A stretch of DNA of 61,144 nt, the filler included, from Asterionella formosa (taxonomy: Eukaryota): the NCBI GenBank assembly GCA_002256025.1. It is 4 parts of 4 records of this genome, joined end to end, with 100 filler letters (N's around TTAATTAATTAA, not from the genome) between each part and the next. Parts side by side here need not be neighbours in the genome. Positions count along the whole stretch, not along the records: positions 45,940 to 61,144 come from NKIB01005559.1; 3 more parts are not named here. One strand, written 5' to 3'. Under the pieces are notes generated by a model. It did not search any database. It had not been told where the DNA came from and was given only the letters and a program-made list of their open reading frames with translations. Shown piece after piece: positions 58,091-61,144 of the stretch; position 1 is the stretch's first letter; every line of letters starts with the position of its first letter. A program made the position numbers and the translations under genes.

Positions 58091-58781
58091 GGTAGAAGAT
58101 TGGTACTGCTGGTATTCTGTAAAAGTCGAAAATCAAATATACCACCGGTGGTTGGTACCGGTACCCTGGTACCTGGTACTCACATTCTATCATCCTACTA
58201 CATACCCGTAGATCACCGGTTGTTACAATACCAAGTAATGAATACATTTTATACATGTGTACCTGGTACCACGTCCTGTGTTGATGGTGGGCGGATTTGT
58301 AACAACATACCTTGTAGGAGTACCAGGTATTGTAGTATGCATGATATGATATCCATGACATACAATGTTTTCTTTCCCTTATAGACTACCGGTACTAGAT
58401 ATCTGGTGACTGGCTGATGGGGTAGTGAGACTGGTAAAAATAAGAGGCAACAGCAAAATATATATGTAAATAAAATGAATAGAGCTATACATTTGATACT
58501 TTGTCAACGGATAGTGCTGGTAGATGACATGGCACGAGAACCACACCAATATTGGTGTGACAAACAAGCAAGGGAAGTCAAAGGATAGAAGAAGGTGAAT
58601 GAAATGAATGTGCAAAAGGATATAGATATGCATGTGTGTGTGTGTGTGTTAGAGGATTGCTTGAACAAGTTCGATCGTCCTGCATCTCCAGTTTGGTAGT
58701 TAAATATATACAATTAATTTGTACATCATGGTGATGGTCCAACCAAAGTGCATCTCACATTCGAAGCATAGAATAGAAACC

Positions 58782-59165
58782 TCATTCATTATCAGGAATC
58801 ATTGCTTCAAATACTCCCATGAGCAGAAGTGCATGCAATAATTTGCTTGGAAAGTTGGATGTCAATGGCATACTGTCTTGAATACAGATACGTTGCAATG
58901 CACCACTAGCCAATCGTCCAAGCATGGTGCCCACAAAGGCAAGCTGACGACGAGGTGCCAATCTTCTTGCTGGAGTCGAACTGCTGATGGTATTATGACT
59001 ACTACTACTGCTGCTGACGGAGACACACTCCATAGTACTACCGGTCGTAGTAACTGTCATCGACACGAAATGAGACGTGCCCTTTGTAGTTGCGAAGGAC
59101 ATTACAACATGAGTATTACCAGCCAACAGCAGGAGTACATTCAAGAGGAGCAAAAGAGTCTTCAT
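58782..59165 (-). CDS. Hypothetical small protein with signal peptide (possible plastid targeting), ~127 aa
   Basis: MKTLLLLLNVLLLLAGNTHVVMS|F, S/T-rich segment, hydrophobic C-terminus; no known domain. Confidence 0.4.
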   Translation of the reverse strand: MKTLLLLLNVLLLLAGNTHVVMSFATTKGTSHFVSMTVTTTGSTMECVSVSSSSSSHNTISSSTPARRLAPRRQLAFVGTMLGRLASGALQRICIQDSMPLTSNFPSKLLHALLLMGVFEAMIPDNE

Positions 59166-59686
59166 CGTGGACCTTGCTTGTATGTCATTCAATCAACAGA
59201 AAGACTTGTAAATGGCTGACAGCAAAGTATACGAGGCCAACCACTTGCTTCCTGCAATAATGAACAAGGCCTGTGCTTTGATGGCGATCGTGCATCATTG
59301 TGAACCTTGCTTGTTCTGAAAAGATCCGAACCAGAATTATAAAACATACTGGTACGGAGTTTTCTCAACTATTCCTCATGTCTGATTGGTTGATTTCAAT
59401 TTAATTAATTCTGCCTGCTGCTATTTCATGGTGACGCACTGATTCTCGGTGCGTGCCTGTCGGCCGAGTTTTTTTCATTTGTCGGAAGCAACTTTGAAGG
59501 CATCTTTTTCCTTGTTTTGGTTCCTCGCTTGTTCTCTCTGGCCCATGCATGAGCAGAAGTATTATGATCATAAAAGATATGTAGTATGTTTCATAGCCCA
59601 TTTGTACTCCCCTATTTCTAGGCAAGTATTTCATAGTGCTACTCCACCTGCCAACAAGACCTGTGCTTCCTTATATTCGTGTTAGC

Positions 59687-59898
59687 GTAGCTGAGTCCCC
59701 AACCACCTTGTTTCGCGAAAGGTGATTTTCTTAGCTGCAGTGTTACCGGTAGGGAAACTCCGACTGCCTAGTAGGAAGGCGGCACAACCTGCATGTAGGG
59801 GGGCAACCCACTATTTCTTGCGCACCAGGCAAGAACGTGCGGGACGGTTTGGCACCGAGAGTAGAAGTCGAACACAATGATTGCTTCTCAAAAAGCAA
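59687..59898 (+). ncRNA. Candidate multibranch structured RNA, family unknown
   Basis: Nine nested helices by eye, several G.U pairs on the plus strand and a GCAA tetraloop (details in findings). No expression evidence. Confidence 0.5.
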
Positions 59899-60117
59899 AG
59901 GCAACGTGACAAACCACTACCTGGTACCGTATATACCGGTAAGCTAGCTATTCCCTTAGTATTATCATCATGCGATGTAATAAATTTATGTATTCGCTCT
60001 ACATAGTAGATCAAATTTACCTACCGATACGCACTAAAGGTACATTTTGCATACAACAACACGGTATGTACATTCATCATACACACACGGTCACAAAAAT
60101 CGTAACAAGCTTCATAT

Positions 60118-60328
60118 GGCGTTGCTGAAGGCAATACACGCCCGAGGTGGTCTCTTGCCTGCGAGTATACATGTGTTCGAGACTGGGTGGCGCGAGTAGG
60201 TTGACCGTACGAGTGGCGCCCCCGGCGCTGCGAGAAGGTCACCCTACGAGTGCCATCCCAGTCGAGTACACATTTATACGAGAAGGCAAGTAGCCGCCGA
60301 GAAGGGTATTGTTGTGGCAATTCCCGCT
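60118..60328 (+). ncRNA. Candidate rod-shaped structured RNA (or ssDNA hairpin) with five periodic CGAG/CGAG tandem G.A motifs, family unknown
   Basis: Ten CGAG copies pair symmetrically about loop 60221-60223, separated by complementary non-repetitive helices. The fold is seen directly; RNA status is inferred. Confidence 0.65.
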
Positions 60329-60398
60329 CTAGCTATCGTCGCGTCATTCGCTTACTTACTGCCCACAAATTTAGCATAAATGTCAATTTTAGCCTACT

Positions 60399-60590
60399 AT
60401 TGCCCATCATATAAAATATATTTTGGATATTTCCTATCTTCACCTCGAAAATTGCCAAAGGTCCGACATTGCCCATCATTAAAATATATTTTATATATTT
60501 CAGATGTTCGCATTTTGGCAAGACAACAGACACCAATTGCCCCTCGGTTTTCCAGCCCTGGGATTGCCGAAATCGGCAAGGGGTCTACTT
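60399..60590. repeat. Short direct repeats plus terminal palindrome, possibly the end of a mobile element
   Basis: attgcccatcat(a)taaaatatatttt at 60399 and 60468, further attgcc copies, palindrome ttgccga-aa-tcggcaa at 60564-60579. Confidence 0.5.
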
Positions 60591-61144
60591 AAGGAAACAA
60601 TTTTTATATACTATACAGATTCTAATAATTTATATCTAGAATTCACCTCGTTTTTGTTCGTCTCCTGAAAAGTGGACTCCGGCAATTCACCTTTCACCAT
60701 GCCAATCGTCGTCCATCATGACCGGTTTGAAGCGAAATCAGTTCCGCGATGACGCCAGTAGCGATTCTTTGCCTAACGGATGCAGTTGATTGTTGGATTG
60801 CTTGTCTTCTCAAGGTATTCATGTAGTCGCATCGTCCATATTTCGTCGGACGCACGATGATATCGATACATCTGATGTTGGTGGCAAGTTTTTGCTCCGG
60901 TCATGTATGCAATGATGCTTAACGGATATTCTACCGGTACCGGCAGTCAGCTAGTAGTCTACATACGTACGTGGTACTAAAAACAACCATGCATGCTTTA
61001 ACGCTTACTTTGAACAGGTTATAATATTATCTCTGTAGACTCGGTATTATTTTTACGAGACCTGAAATGTTGAATTATATCGTTCACATATTCATTGATT
61101 TTACGTACCGTATGCCCGATTTCGTCCTCACAAATATAGTTCTC

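Noticed and set aside
58633..58648. (TG)8 microsatellite, also (TA)n near 50563
   Set aside because: Ordinary simple repeats.
59687..59898. RNase MRP/P, telomerase RNA, cobalamin or TPP riboswitch, hammerhead ribozyme
   Set aside because: Only partial motif likeness (AGUCCCC, AGGGAA). No correctly placed CR-V, CCCTAA template, B12 box, TPP core or CUGANGA; left unassigned pending cmscan.
60143..60301. CRISPR-like or tandem-repeat array
   Set aside because: The constant part is only 4 nt, the spacers pair with each other, and there are no cas genes; it is better explained as a fold.

Overview
Eukaryotic nuclear DNA, almost certainly from a diatom: it has two fucoxanthin-chlorophyll (Lhc/FCP) genes, bipartite signal + ASAFAP-type plastid targeting peptides, short GT-AG introns and a silaffin-like RXL/KXXK protein. 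The window is not one locus. It is four scaffolds of 15219, 15212, 15208 and 15205 bp joined by identical 100-nt spacers (N44-TTAATTAATTAA-N44), so gene neighbourhood across 15220, 30532 and 45840 is meaningless. Recognisable genes: PP4R1-like HEAT protein, secreted Pro/Thr + Lys/Gly/Ser repeat protein, two DnaJ proteins, ARM-repeat protein, alpha/beta esterase, fucosyltransferase-like GT, IMPACT/YigZ, two Lhc, HD hydrolase, mitochondrial-carrier-like protein, MUS81-like ERCC4 nuclease plus a decayed tandem paralog, XPD, ORC4, Maf, MTA/SAH nucleosidase and organellar TsaD/Qri7. Between them lie decayed transposons (Harbinger, pogo, Tc1-like, Copia). The most unusual signal is in the gene-free tail: a ~210-nt rod-shaped fold (60118-60328) with five regularly spaced symmetric CGAG/CGAG tandem G.A motifs, preceded by a second ~210-nt multibranch fold (59687-59898). 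I cannot assign either to a known RNA family. Also notable are an R3H-like (and UIM-like) augmented MUS81 family, a HIRAN-like gene next to a pogo transposase, and strong intergenic enrichment of TACCGGTA. All calls were made by eye; no database searches were run.
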